Shown here piece by piece: positions 17,036 to 25,838 of a stretch of 46,891 nucleotides of DNA. The stretch's first letter is position 1. Each line of letters starts with the position of its first letter. The position numbers were made by a program, and so were the translations under genes. The notes beneath the pieces are model-generated. The model searched no databases, had not been told where the DNA came from, and saw only the letters and a list, made by a program, of their open reading frames with translations. Origin of the DNA: a bacterium (GTDB taxonomy: Bacteria; Patescibacteriota; Minisyncoccia; UBA6257; GWB1-50-10); contig NZBZ01000015.1 in assembly GCA_002686365.1 (NCBI GenBank), forward strand, positions 1 through 46,891, read 5' to 3'.

Positions 17036-18664
17036 TTATTCTTGTGTTTCTAGTTCGTCTTTTACTATTCGGGCTGTTTTTGTGTGCCAGTTTGCAATAT
17101 TTTTGAATCGTTCTGATGGGGAGGCGATAATGTTTTTGGTTTCAAATCCTTTTAGTTTTTCTGTGTGAATGTGTATGTATGGAAGTGAGTAGAGGAATAT
17201 CGCAGGAACGTCTTCCTGTAGAGCTTCTTCGAGTTCTTTTACGTGCTGGGCCTTTTCTTTTGTATTGTCTCCTTGCCGGATACGCTCCATTAGTGTGTCA
17301 GCCTCAGAATTTTTATAGAGTGATAGGTTTAGTCCCGGATAGAATCGTTCAGATGAGTGCCAGAACGGGAATACGTCTTCGGATATTTCTACTATGTTTC
17401 CAAAAAGTATCATTTCATAGTTGTTTGGCTTGATGACGTTTTCGAGAAGGTCTTCAGATGGAAGCTCTATGAGATTTACATCATCAATTCCTATGCTTTC
17501 CCAGTTTTCTTTGATGATTTTCGCAGTTTCTTCCAAGAAGTCTACGTCTGGTATAACGAGATTTAATGAGAAGCGTTCTTCGACTGCTTTTCGTTTTTCA
17601 ATGTGTTTTATTATCTCATCTTTAGAGAGTTTTTCCGGAGCAGATTCATTCTCTGCTTTTATGATTGGTCCTTCTGTTACGCGCGCAGTGTTTTCAGGAA
17701 AGACTTTTTCTATAATTTGATTTTTGTCTATTGCATCTCGAAGCGCGGTTCGCGTGGTTTCATTTTTTAGAATTGGATTGATGTTTGAGTTGAAGAAGAT
17801 GGCATAGTAGCGGGACATTGGGATAATGTTTGTTACAGTGCCCCTTCGTTTTTGCGCAACAATTTCTTCTTTTGGATTTGTGCTTCCAAAGCCGTCTATC
17901 TGTCGAAGACTGAAGGCCTGGAGAAGATCTTTTTCTGTTTCAAAGAATACGAAGAAGACATTTTCCAGAAATGGCTGATTTTTGTGGTAATGTTCGTTTT
18001 GTTTTAAGCGGTACTCTTTAATGAATCCATCTTTTCGTTTTGAGAAGCTTTCAAACTTGTATGGTCCGCTCCCTATTGGCTCGAGATTGTAGGTTGAAAG
18101 TTTAAGATTTGCCGGAGGAAGCTTGCCAAAGATGTGTTCCGGAATTATGGGCAGCTTCTCCACGTTTTCCATGAAAAATGCATATGACGTCTGCAGGGTG
18201 AAGCGGATTTGGAGCTCGCTTATTCTTTCTACGACTACTCCTTCCCAGTTTTTGAATAGCGGGGATTTTGTATCAGGGTTTTGGATTGTTCGCACTGTGA
18301 AGATGACGTCGTCTGATGTAAGAGGTGTTCCATTTGACCACTTAAGCCCTTCTTTGATTTTTACGCTATGAATTTGACCGTCTTTGTCAGTATCGTGGTT
18401 TGTAAGTAGGTCTCCTAGTGTGCTGTATATTGCGGCGCTTATATCAAGGTCTACTGGATTTGAGGATGTTACTGGGTTTATAGCTATTGGTTGGCCTACT
18501 TCTCCTTCACGATACGTTCCGCCACGCACTGGAATAAAGTCGCTTGACTGGTCTACTGCAACAGTAGCTCTTGTGATAGAGCCTATAATGAAAATTGCGA
18601 TTGCTGCGAGAAAGATAACCTTTTCTCTCTTTGAGAACGAGTTGAAAATGAGTTTTGGGTACAT
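17036..18664 (-). CDS. Peptide/nickel ABC transporter substrate-binding protein (family 5)
   Basis: GGTYREGEVG, WSNGTPLTSDDVIFT, PIGSGPYKF, DVPAIFLY. Confidence 0.92.
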   Translation of the reverse strand: MYPKLIFNSFSKREKVIFLAAIAIFIIGSITRATVAVDQSSDFIPVRGGTYREGEVGQPIAINPVTSSNPVDLDISAAIYSTLGDLLTNHDTDKDGQIHSVKIKEGLKWSNGTPLTSDDVIFTVRTIQNPDTKSPLFKNWEGVVVERISELQIRFTLQTSYAFFMENVEKLPIIPEHIFGKLPPANLKLSTYNLEPIGSGPYKFESFSKRKDGFIKEYRLKQNEHYHKNQPFLENVFFVFFETEKDLLQAFSLRQIDGFGSTNPKEEIVAQKRRGTVTNIIPMSRYYAIFFNSNINPILKNETTRTALRDAIDKNQIIEKVFPENTARVTEGPIIKAENESAPEKLSKDEIIKHIEKRKAVEERFSLNLVIPDVDFLEETAKIIKENWESIGIDDVNLIELPSEDLLENVIKPNNYEMILFGNIVEISEDVFPFWHSSERFYPGLNLSLYKNSEADTLMERIRQGDNTKEKAQHVKELEEALQEDVPAIFLYSLPYIHIHTEKLKGFETKNIIASPSERFKNIANWHTKTARIVKDELETQE

Positions 18665-18669
18665 TCTCT

Positions 18670-18879
18670 CTACAAGATGAGATTTATGATTGCGAGCGTG
18701 AAGAAAGCAACGGCGCTTATGATTGTGGCTTGATACATCTTTTTCTCTACTCCTCTTCTTGTGTGGTGAGGAGTAGCGCCCCCGCCCCCAAAGACGCCTG
18801 AAAGTCCGCTAGACCGTTCTTGGACTAGTATAAGGACGATGAGTATGATTGAGATGATTACTTGGAGGAGGATTAGCAT
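18670..18879 (-). CDS. secG: Preprotein translocase subunit SecG
   Basis: ILVQERSSGLSGVFGG...TRRGVEK between two TM helices. Confidence 0.92.
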   Translation of the reverse strand: MLILLQVIISIILIVLILVQERSSGLSGVFGGGGATPHHTRRGVEKKMYQATIISAVAFFTLAIINLIL

Positions 18880-18885
18880 GGGACT

Positions 18886-18919
18886 ATACGAATATCGAAT
18901 AAGGCACGAATATACGAAT
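18886..18919. repeat. Short CGAAT-based tandem repeat
   Basis: atacgaat atcgaat aaggcacgaat atacgaat. Confidence 0.65.
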
Positions 18920-18934
18920 TATATTTTGTTTATT

Positions 18935-19297
18935 TTATTCCTTTTTATGGGAGGTTTTCTTACTCAGCGTGATAATGACGTTTATGAAGCTGATGAGCAG
19001 AGTTGCTAAAAGGAGTGAAATGTATCCCTCAATTGTAAGAGAATCTCTCAAAATGTCAAGAGTGTATAAGAATGCGGCGTTTATTACTATGCTTAGGAGG
19101 CCTAGCGTAATGATAATAAAGGGCGTGAGAAGAAATTTGATTATTGGTTTTATAAAGGTGTTTATCGCAGTAAAGATAATGGAGGTTATAAGTAGTTCTT
19201 CAAAATTTCCTACAAAGGTAAAGTTTGTAATTAGGTAGTCTGCGGCAAGTATTCCGAATGCGTTGCCAATTATGTGCAGAATTATGCGCGTGAGCAT
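18935..19297 (-). CDS. 4-TM phage-holin-like (YvlD/DUF360) membrane protein
   Basis: INTFIKPIIKFLLTPFIIITLGLLSIVINA. Confidence 0.88.
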   Translation of the reverse strand: MLTRIILHIIGNAFGILAADYLITNFTFVGNFEELLITSIIFTAINTFIKPIIKFLLTPFIIITLGLLSIVINAAFLYTLDILRDSLTIEGYISLLLATLLISFINVIITLSKKTSHKKE

Positions 19298-19304
19298 ATG
19301 TATA

Positions 19305-20189
19305 TTAGGTTAGTTGAGGGAGGAGAGATTCTCCAGTCATTTCCTGCGGGATGGGGAGATTCATTAGTTCGAGGATTGTTGGAGCAACGTCTGTGAGCAT
19401 TCCGATTGTTGGGATTTGGGCATATGGGTCGATTTGTGTTCCTGCTTTTTCATATTCTTTTCCTGCGAGATAGAAGGGGACTGGGTCTGGGTTGTTTGTT
19501 GTTTCCGGCTTTCCGGTTTTTGGATCTAATACGACTTCCGCGTTTCCGTGGCTTCCTGCTATTACGAGAGCGTGGTTTTGATTTAGCGTGTTTTCAAGGA
19601 GGCGGCCGATTTCTCGATCTACTACTTGTATAGAGTCTTTTGTTGCCGCGAAGTTTCCAGTATGTGCAATGATATCCGGATTTGCATAGTTTACTAGGAT
19701 GAAGTCGAACCCGCCTTCGTTTATTGAGGCGATTGCTCTGTCAGTGATTGCTGTTGCTCTCATTTCTGTATTGGTTTCCGGGTTTGGTGAGTTTTCAGAT
19801 GGCAGGATTGCGCGGAATTCACCTTCCAGCGGTTCTTTTTGGAGGCCGTTGAAATAATAAGTGACACATTCTTCTTTTAGAGACTCTGCAACTTTCAGAT
19901 CGGTCTTTTTGTTTGCTGCGAGGACTTCTCCCAGGGAGTTGGGTATTTTTGTTCCTTTAGAGATTTCATCTTTTTCTATTATTCTTCCTGTTCCAATAGC
20001 TAGATGTCCTTCTTTGCTTCCGCCAGCCTCTTTCCACGAGAGTCCGGTTAGGAGGCCGGAGGATTTTAGCGCGCCGTATGGAAAGCGCTCTTGTAATCCA
20101 AGAATATTTTTTGGTTTTGCAACGTAGATGGGGTTTGAGTCGTCAAACTTTCCGATTCCCCAGCCGTCGAGGATTGCGAGTATTATCAT
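19305..20189 (-). CDS. Shortened cofactor-independent phosphoglycerate mutase homolog (phosphatase domain only)
   Basis: ILDGWG, GGSKEGH..IGTGR, NSLGEVL, VTYYFNG, NYANPDIIAHTG, SHGNAE, LTDVAPTILELM; 294 aa versus about 510 for GpmI. Confidence 0.85.
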   Translation of the reverse strand: MIILAILDGWGIGKFDDSNPIYVAKPKNILGLQERFPYGALKSSGLLTGLSWKEAGGSKEGHLAIGTGRIIEKDEISKGTKIPNSLGEVLAANKKTDLKVAESLKEECVTYYFNGLQKEPLEGEFRAILPSENSPNPETNTEMRATAITDRAIASINEGGFDFILVNYANPDIIAHTGNFAATKDSIQVVDREIGRLLENTLNQNHALVIAGSHGNAEVVLDPKTGKPETTNNPDPVPFYLAGKEYEKAGTQIDPYAQIPTIGMLTDVAPTILELMNLPIPQEMTGESLLPQLT

Positions 20190-20320
20190 GTAGTGATTAG
20201 TGATTAATGACTATGATTATGACAGTTTTATTGTACAGGAACTGATAACCGGGGACTAGTAACTGCTCATTTTGTTGGTTTTTTCTTGACTTTTTCAGGT
20301 TTCTGCGATATTCTTTTTTC

Positions 20321-20587
20321 ATGCTTACAAAGCGGCAGAAAGGAGGCGTTGTAAAAGACTTACGGCGCCATGAAAAGGATACAGGATCGGCAGAAGTGCA
20401 GATCGGACTCCTTACCAAGCGCATAAAAGAGCTTACTAGTCACTTGAAGAAACACCCTAAGGATCATCATTCCCGCAGGGGGCTTTTGCTTATGGTTGGG
20501 AAGAGGCGAAGATTTTTGCAGTACATTAAGCGCGCGAATGAGAAGGTGCATTCGAAGCTCATGAAGCAGTTAGGGCTTGATGGGTAG
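20321..20587 (+). CDS. rpsO: 30S ribosomal protein S15
   Basis: DTGSAEVQIGLLT, HPKDHHSRRGLLLMVGKRRR. Confidence 0.98.
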   Translation: MLTKRQKGGVVKDLRRHEKDTGSAEVQIGLLTKRIKELTSHLKKHPKDHHSRRGLLLMVGKRRRFLQYIKRANEKVHSKLMKQLGLDG

Positions 20588-20603
20588 AGTTTTATAAGAA
20601 TAT

Positions 20604-21161
20604 ATGAAAATTGTTGAACATAGCGAAATTATTCATCCAGCCCAAAGAGTGGGTGTTTTTATTGATGTACAGAATGTGTATCACTCAGTTAAGAATTTGT
20701 ATAACGCGCGAGTAAATTTTAGCCAGCTCTTGAAGGAGGCTCTTGCTGGCCGTCCGCTTGTTCGGGCAGTAGCCTATGTTGCAAAGAGTGAGACTGCGGC
20801 TGGAGAGGATTCATTTTTTGAGGCGCTTCGGAAAACAGGCCTTGAACTTCGGTGTAAAGATCTTCAGGTATATGCTGATGGAGCAAAGAAGGCGGACTGG
20901 GATGTTGGAATGGCGGTTGATGCGATTCGTATGGCAAATTTTTTGGATGTAGTTGTACTTGTCACAGGCGATGGAGATTTTGTTCCGCTTGTTGAGTATT
21001 TGAAGTGGGGGATGGGGCGACAGGTTGAGGTTGCTGCATTTGGTAAGACCACTTCTACAAAACTTCGGGAGTCTGCTGATAGGTTTGTCGAACTTGATAC
21101 GGTTCCTAGAATACTTTTGAAGTCGAAGGTGAGTCGAGGTAAGACGACACGGCGGAACTAG
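20604..21161 (+). CDS. NYN domain (LabA/DUF88) protein
   Basis: VFIDVQN, KADWDVGMAVD, VTGDGDFVPL, LRESADRF. Confidence 0.92.
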   Translation: MKIVEHSEIIHPAQRVGVFIDVQNVYHSVKNLYNARVNFSQLLKEALAGRPLVRAVAYVAKSETAAGEDSFFEALRKTGLELRCKDLQVYADGAKKADWDVGMAVDAIRMANFLDVVVLVTGDGDFVPLVEYLKWGMGRQVEVAAFGKTTSTKLRESADRFVELDTVPRILLKSKVSRGKTTRRN

Positions 21162-21203
21162 CAGCCAGTAATCAGTACCCGTAACAGGTATTGAATTTTT
21201 ATT

Positions 21204-23279
21204 ATGGATTTAGAACGAAAAATATATAAAACAGAAGTTGATGATGCTCCATTTGAATTGGAGATTTCGAATTTGGCTGTACAGGCAAATGGCGCAGTGC
21301 TTGGCAGATGGGGAAATACATCAGTACTTGTGACAGCAGTTATGGGTGGGGAGTCGTCTTTGCCGTACTTTCCTTTAACAGTGGATTATGAGGAGCGGTT
21401 TTATGCTGCTGGACAGATTTTGGGTTCTAGGTTTGTTCGTCGGGAAGGCAGGCCTTCGGATGAGGCTACGCTTTCTGCGCGGCTTCTTGATAGAACTATT
21501 AGGCCTTTGTTTGATCATAGGCTTAGGCGGGAGATTCAGGTTGTTGTGACTGTTTTGGAATATGACAAAGAACATGATCCAGAGTTGATTGCTCTTGTTG
21601 CAGCATCTTGCGCTTTGGGCATATCAGATATTCCGTGGAATGGTCCTGTTGGCGCAGCGCGATTTGAAAAGAAGAGTAAAGAGGAAGAGTTGGAGTATCT
21701 TGCGTTTTTTGCTGGTACTGAAAATAGGGTGAACATGATTGAGTTTGAGGGCAATGAGTCATCTGAGGCAGAGGCAGTTGAGCTTTTTGAGAAGGGCGAG
21801 AAGCAGATCCAGGAGTTAGTTAAGTTTCAGAAGAAGATTATTAAAGAGATTGGCAAGAAGAAGACAGAGGTTCAGCTTCCAGAGACGGATAAGCGAATTG
21901 CAGGAGAGGTAGAGAAGTTTTTGAAGTCAAAGCTTACAGGAACGTTTAAAAAAGGAGAGCTTTACGCTTTGAAAGATGAGCTTATGGACGTTCTTGTTGG
22001 TGCGGGAGAGGAGCCTGATGCGCTTCATGAGGCAGAAGATATTTTTGAACATGAAGTAGATGCATATGTTCATACAGAGGCCTTGGAGAATGACAGGCGG
22101 ATTGATGGGAGAAAGCTTCAAGAGATACGCGATTTGCATGCTGAAGTAGGACTCTTTGAGCGTGTTCACGGCACAGGACTTTTTGTGCGGGGAGATACGC
22201 AGGTTTTGGCTGCTGCCACTTTAGGGCCGCCTTCTGCGGATCAGATTGTTGAGACTATGAAGACTCAGGAGAAAAAGCGGTTTATGCTTCACTACAACTT
22301 TCCGAGTTTTTCTGTTGGTGAGGCTGGGCGCGCGCATGGGCCTGGACGGCGTGATATTGGACATGGGTATTTGGCATTTAAGGCATTGAGGGCAATGCTT
22401 CCTTCAAAAGAAGAGTTCCCATATGTGATTCGTATTGTTGCTGAGACTTTGTCTTCAAATGGGTCGTCTTCTATGGCATCAACATGCGCTGGATGTCTTT
22501 CTATGCTTGACGCTGGTGTTCCTTTGAAGAAACTTGTTGCGGGAATTGCAATGGGGCTTATGGTTTCAAAAGATGGAGATTATAAGGTTTTGACTGATAT
22601 ACAGGGGCCGGAAGATTATCATGGAGATATGGATTTTAAGGTTGCTGGAACAGAGGATGGAATTACTGCTATCCAGATGGATGTAAAAATTGATGGAGTA
22701 ACAAAGGATATGTATGTAGATGCTTTAGATGAGGCAAAGAAGGCGCGCCTCCAGATTTTGGAGGTTATGAAAAAGACTATTGCAAAGCCGAATGAGCTTT
22801 CGCAGTATGCGCCTCGAATTATTACAACAAAGATTGCTCCTGATAAGATTGGAGAGCTTATTGGCCCTGGGGGTAAGGTGATTAATGGAATCTTAGAGCA
22901 GTTTGATAATGAAGCTACTATTGATATAGAAGATGATGGTACGGTCTATATTGGAGCAGAGAGTGGGGAGATTGGTGATAAGGTTTTGGCAATGGTAGAG
23001 GCAGTTGTGAAGGAGTATGAGGTTGGAGAAATTGTTGAGGGGCCAATTGTTCGTGTCATGGAGTTTGGAGCTATTGTTGATTTGGGAAGCGGCAGGGATG
23101 GGATGATTCATGTTTCAGAATTAAAAGAGGGGTTTGTTAAAAATGTAGAAGATGTTGTGAAAATGGGGGATAAGGTGAAGGCTAAGATTGTGAAGGTTGA
23201 TAATGGGAAGATAGGGCTTAGTTTGAAGGCTATGAAGGTTGAGGAGAAGAGGAAGGATGAGAAGAAGGGGGAGAAATAG
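21204..23279 (+). CDS. pnp: Polyribonucleotide nucleotidyltransferase
   Basis: FPLTVDYEE, RREGRPS, HYNFPSFSVGE, SNGSSSMAS, GDMDFKVAGT, KH (IGPGGK) and S1 domains. Confidence 0.98.
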   Translation: MDLERKIYKTEVDDAPFELEISNLAVQANGAVLGRWGNTSVLVTAVMGGESSLPYFPLTVDYEERFYAAGQILGSRFVRREGRPSDEATLSARLLDRTIRPLFDHRLRREIQVVVTVLEYDKEHDPELIALVAASCALGISDIPWNGPVGAARFEKKSKEEELEYLAFFAGTENRVNMIEFEGNESSEAEAVELFEKGEKQIQELVKFQKKIIKEIGKKKTEVQLPETDKRIAGEVEKFLKSKLTGTFKKGELYALKDELMDVLVGAGEEPDALHEAEDIFEHEVDAYVHTEALENDRRIDGRKLQEIRDLHAEVGLFERVHGTGLFVRGDTQVLAAATLGPPSADQIVETMKTQEKKRFMLHYNFPSFSVGEAGRAHGPGRRDIGHGYLAFKALRAMLPSKEEFPYVIRIVAETLSSNGSSSMASTCAGCLSMLDAGVPLKKLVAGIAMGLMVSKDGDYKVLTDIQGPEDYHGDMDFKVAGTEDGITAIQMDVKIDGVTKDMYVDALDEAKKARLQILEVMKKTIAKPNELSQYAPRIITTKIAPDKIGELIGPGGKVINGILEQFDNEATIDIEDDGTVYIGAESGEIGDKVLAMVEAVVKEYEVGEIVEGPIVRVMEFGAIVDLGSGRDGMIHVSELKEGFVKNVEDVVKMGDKVKAKIVKVDNGKIGLSLKAMKVEEKRKDEKKGEK

Positions 23280-23283
23280 GACG

Positions 23284-23471
23284 AACATTCTTTTTTCTTT
23301 TCATGTGCTTCGTTCGGATGAAATAATTTTACTCCTCAGAAGAAAATACGGCACAGTGCGAACTCGTCCCGCCTTAGCGGGACTCAGACAACGCACCGTG
23401 CCTTTTTCTTTGTCTTCGTCGTTTAATATTTCATTTCCTCACTCCGCCATACTCAAAGACAAAAGAATGTT
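23284..23471. repeat. 188-nt rod-like hairpin element (copy B)
   Basis: Ends aacattctttt/aaaagaatgtt; inner ggcacagtgcg/cgcaccgtgcc; colinear with 32851-33039; mini-hairpin gtcccgccttagcgggac at the tip. Confidence 0.9.
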
Positions 23472-23501
23472 TGCCCTTTGAGAGGAGTATGGTCCTTCTC
23501 G

Positions 23502-23566
23502 TGGGAGGTAGAGGAGGTCTGTTGGTAGCTCACTGCGCCCGCGAGGCTCGTGAGCTTTTTTATTTT
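23502..23566 (+). repeat. TGGG..GAGGTCTGnnGGTA-hairpin-T run motif (copy 3)
   Basis: tgggaggtagaggaggtctgttggt-agctcac...gtgagct-tttttatttt. Confidence 0.8.
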
Positions 23567-23576
23567 GTTTTTACGT

Positions 23577-23606
23577 AAAAAAAGAAGCTCCATGTTGGAG
23601 CTTTTG
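23577..23606. terminator. Terminator for the minus-strand accessory genes
   Basis: A-run then aagctcca-tgt-tggagctt hairpin. Confidence 0.6.
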
Positions 23607-23642
23607 AGTTTGGTTCGGGTCTTGTCCGTCTTGTTCGCGGAT

Positions 23643-23870
23643 CTACGTGGGGGAGCGGGTTCTTCGCGGGCGGAACATGATCTGGAAGACGAGTCGGGCT
23701 GCGCTGAAAGCCAGTCCCATGGTGCCGGTGCCTGGGTCTATGTTCACGGCTGGATTCACTACCCAGGTTAGCATGGCTGCGGTGAACGTGGTTATGAGTA
23801 CTGACGAGATGCTGATGTCGATCATGCCTTGCTCGGCTAGGTCGAGTGCTGCGCGGAGGATTCCTCTCAT
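23643..23870 (-). CDS. Small hypothetical membrane protein (75 aa)
   Basis: C-terminal part of the 237-aa track ORF; ATG at 23870 preceded by GGGAG; two hydrophobic segments. Confidence 0.55.
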   Translation of the reverse strand: MRGILRAALDLAEQGMIDISISSVLITTFTAAMLTWVVNPAVNIDPGTGTMGLAFSAARLVFQIMFRPRRTRSPT

Positions 23871-23881
23871 CGGAGCTCCCT

Positions 23882-24292
23882 TCATCGTATGGGGTCTGCG
23901 TATTCGGCCTTGAACGTGGGCACGTTCCCTGGGTTGTACACTCCTGAGGCGAGCCTTTTTCGGATGTAGTCGTTTGCCTGTTGTGTCAGATCCGAATCCG
24001 CCTCTTCGATGAGCTGTAAGTTCATGGGGTGGACCGTGACCCAGTTGTTTCCTTCCCTTCTTGCTCGGATGAGGTGAGTCATTCTGCTGTCCGCGTAGAG
24101 ATCGATCCGTTTTCCTGTGGACCATGCCATAGCAAGGAAGATGAAGTCTTCCATTGGCGGCCACTCGTTCACTCCGAGTATCTCCTTGAGGAATTCCATG
24201 AGCCCAATGGCTGCTCTGTGGATTTCCTTGGTTCTCGTGCCATCCAAGACTTCGGACGGGGTGACGCAGTGTACGTTTCCAATTTCCGACAT
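23882..24292 (-). CDS. Hypothetical protein (136 aa)
   Basis: ATG at 24292 with upstream GAAGGGA; globular composition; ends 11 nt before next ORF. Confidence 0.6.
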   Translation of the reverse strand: MSEIGNVHCVTPSEVLDGTRTKEIHRAAIGLMEFLKEILGVNEWPPMEDFIFLAMAWSTGKRIDLYADSRMTHLIRARREGNNWVTVHPMNLQLIEEADSDLTQQANDYIRKRLASGVYNPGNVPTFKAEYADPIR

Positions 24293-24412
24293 TCTCGTGT
24301 CCCTTCTCGTGTCCTCTGTTGCGGTTTTCGTGTTCCTCGCTGTGTTTGTTAAACACTTTTGATGAGGGAAAGTCAAGTTTTTATGCTTTGGTGGGGCTTT
24401 TTTATTTTCTTT

Positions 24413-24442
24413 ATCCCTCACATAGGGTTTTATGTGAGGGAT
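24413..24442. repeat. Inverted-repeat element ATCCCTCACATA-gggttt-TATGTGAGGGAT (copy 3, minimal)
   Basis: Perfect 12-bp stem identical to the ends at 2862 and 2964. Confidence 0.85.
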
Positions 24443-24510
24443 TGACACTTTTTTGGGGGTTGGGGTAGGGTTGAGGTAGTAGGAGCCCCTGCACTGGGGC
24501 TCAGAACAGA

Positions 24511-24810
24511 GTGGGAGTTCATGTTATGGGCGATGGAATTTCAGGCAATCAGCATGCTGACCTTGCGAGTTCTTCGGATGCACCGGTGGCACAGTGGCGG
24601 GTTGAAGGCCCTAGTTTCTCTTCCGGTGGTACTAGTGAAGAGTCTGTGCTTGTTGCGTGGGCAAATATGGCGCCGGCTCTCGACCATGGTCCGGACGAGT
24701 TCACTGTAACTGGCCCGGACGGGGAATCGCGTCAATTGACCGGCAAGGATTTGTTCAAGGGATCGGATGGCGAGCTTCTTGGTGAGCTGCGTCGACGGCT
24801 GGGGAGTTGA
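24511..24810 (+). CDS. Hypothetical protein
   Basis: ORF of 99 aa (start uncertain) followed by a terminator-like hairpin. Confidence 0.5.
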   Translation: MGVHVMGDGISGNQHADLASSSDAPVAQWRVEGPSFSSGGTSEESVLVAWANMAPALDHGPDEFTVTGPDGESRQLTGKDLFKGSDGELLGELRRRLGS

Positions 24811-24852
24811 CCTACGGCTTCCTACGGTCAGTTGGTCATACAATGATACAAA

Positions 24853-24889
24853 CCCGCTTGCAGCGACGCAAGCGGGGATTTTTTATTTT
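24853..24889 (+). terminator. Intrinsic terminator
   Basis: cccgcttgc-agcgac-gcaagcggg followed by gattttttatttt. Confidence 0.75.
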
Positions 24890-24927
24890 CGCCTACGATA
24901 TTTTGTCATAAAGACGAGGCGAAAATA

Positions 24928-24971
24928 CCCTGAGTGGCTCGTCCTGAGCTTTGTCGAAGGAAGTCGAAGGG
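24928..24971. repeat. Nested pair of CCTGAG..GTCGAAGG REP-like units
   Basis: Outer ccctgag...gtcgaaggg encloses inner tcctgagctttgtcgaagga (24942-24961). Confidence 0.8.
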
Positions 24972-25029
24972 TTACCTTGAATGTTTTTTGCCCTAGGTTA
25001 AAACCTAGATCAAGGCCTAGGGCAGATTT

Positions 25030-25069
25030 TAACTTAGGTTAGTATCCGGCCGGATACTAACCTAAGTTA
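25030..25069. repeat. Perfect 40-bp palindrome
   Basis: taacttaggttagtatccgg|ccggatactaacctaagtta; preceded by ctaggtt-aa-aacctag (24993-25008). Confidence 0.95.
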
Positions 25070-25091
25070 GATTTTCTTATAGGAAGTCGTC

Positions 25092-25808
25092 CTAGGCGCT
25101 TTTTGTGGAACGAATGGAGTATTTGGGTTTTTTCTTGAGAATCTCAAAGTCGCCTAATACAAAGAAGGCAGCAACAATAAGAATAATACTTGAGTAGATG
25201 ATATTACGTTCACCGAATAGGGCTATCAAATAGTTGAAGCCAGCGTGGATTATGGTTGCGATTATAATACCGTATGCGAGAAGCCCGCGGTGCTTTTGTC
25301 CTTTTGCATGAGACTTTGCCCAGTAGTAGCCTACAATGCCGGATGCGAGCACGTGAAGCAGGGTTGCTCCAATGAAGCGGAGAAGAAGAATGTTTGTTGT
25401 TGCAAAGAGAGAGGTGAGAGTAAGAGAGTCAGCAGATCCTATTGCTATCAGAATGTTTTCAATGGTTGCAAATCCTGATGCTGCTGCAATCATGTAAATC
25501 ATTGCATCAATTGGTTCGTCAAAGTGTTTGCTTCTGCCCACCGCATAGAAGGCGGCGAGGAATTTGAATATTTCTTCTATGAATGCAAGTCCGAGGAAGA
25601 CGATAATTATGCTTCCTCCTCCTATTAGGTCTTTGAAGAAGACTTGCGCGATGAGGGTTGGGACTGCGGAGAGAATACCAATTCCAAATGTATAGGCAAT
25701 GAGTTGGCGCGGCTCTGGGTGGACGTCTTCTTTCATAAAAAAGAAGAGCCAGACGAGTGCTGGAAAAATAGTTGCGGCAGAGAGTATGAGTAGAATTATT
25801 ATGGGCAT
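25092..25808 (-). CDS. prsW: PrsW-family intramembrane metalloprotease
   Basis: HPEP, FIEEIFKF, DEPIDAMIY, GFATIEN, LLHVLASG, IHAGFN. Confidence 0.9.
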   Translation of the reverse strand: MPIIILLILSAATIFPALVWLFFFMKEDVHPEPRQLIAYTFGIGILSAVPTLIAQVFFKDLIGGGSIIIVFLGLAFIEEIFKFLAAFYAVGRSKHFDEPIDAMIYMIAAASGFATIENILIAIGSADSLTLTSLFATTNILLLRFIGATLLHVLASGIVGYYWAKSHAKGQKHRGLLAYGIIIATIIHAGFNYLIALFGERNIIYSSIILIVAAFFVLGDFEILKKKPKYSIRSTKSA

Positions 25809-25838
25809 TTTGAAAAGCTCCTGTAGCTTTCTCTTATT

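Noticed and set aside
23643-24356. Full 237-aa ORF
   Set aside because: Its N-terminal two-thirds overlap the better-supported 23882-24292 ORF on the same strand; only the part from ATG 23870 is kept.
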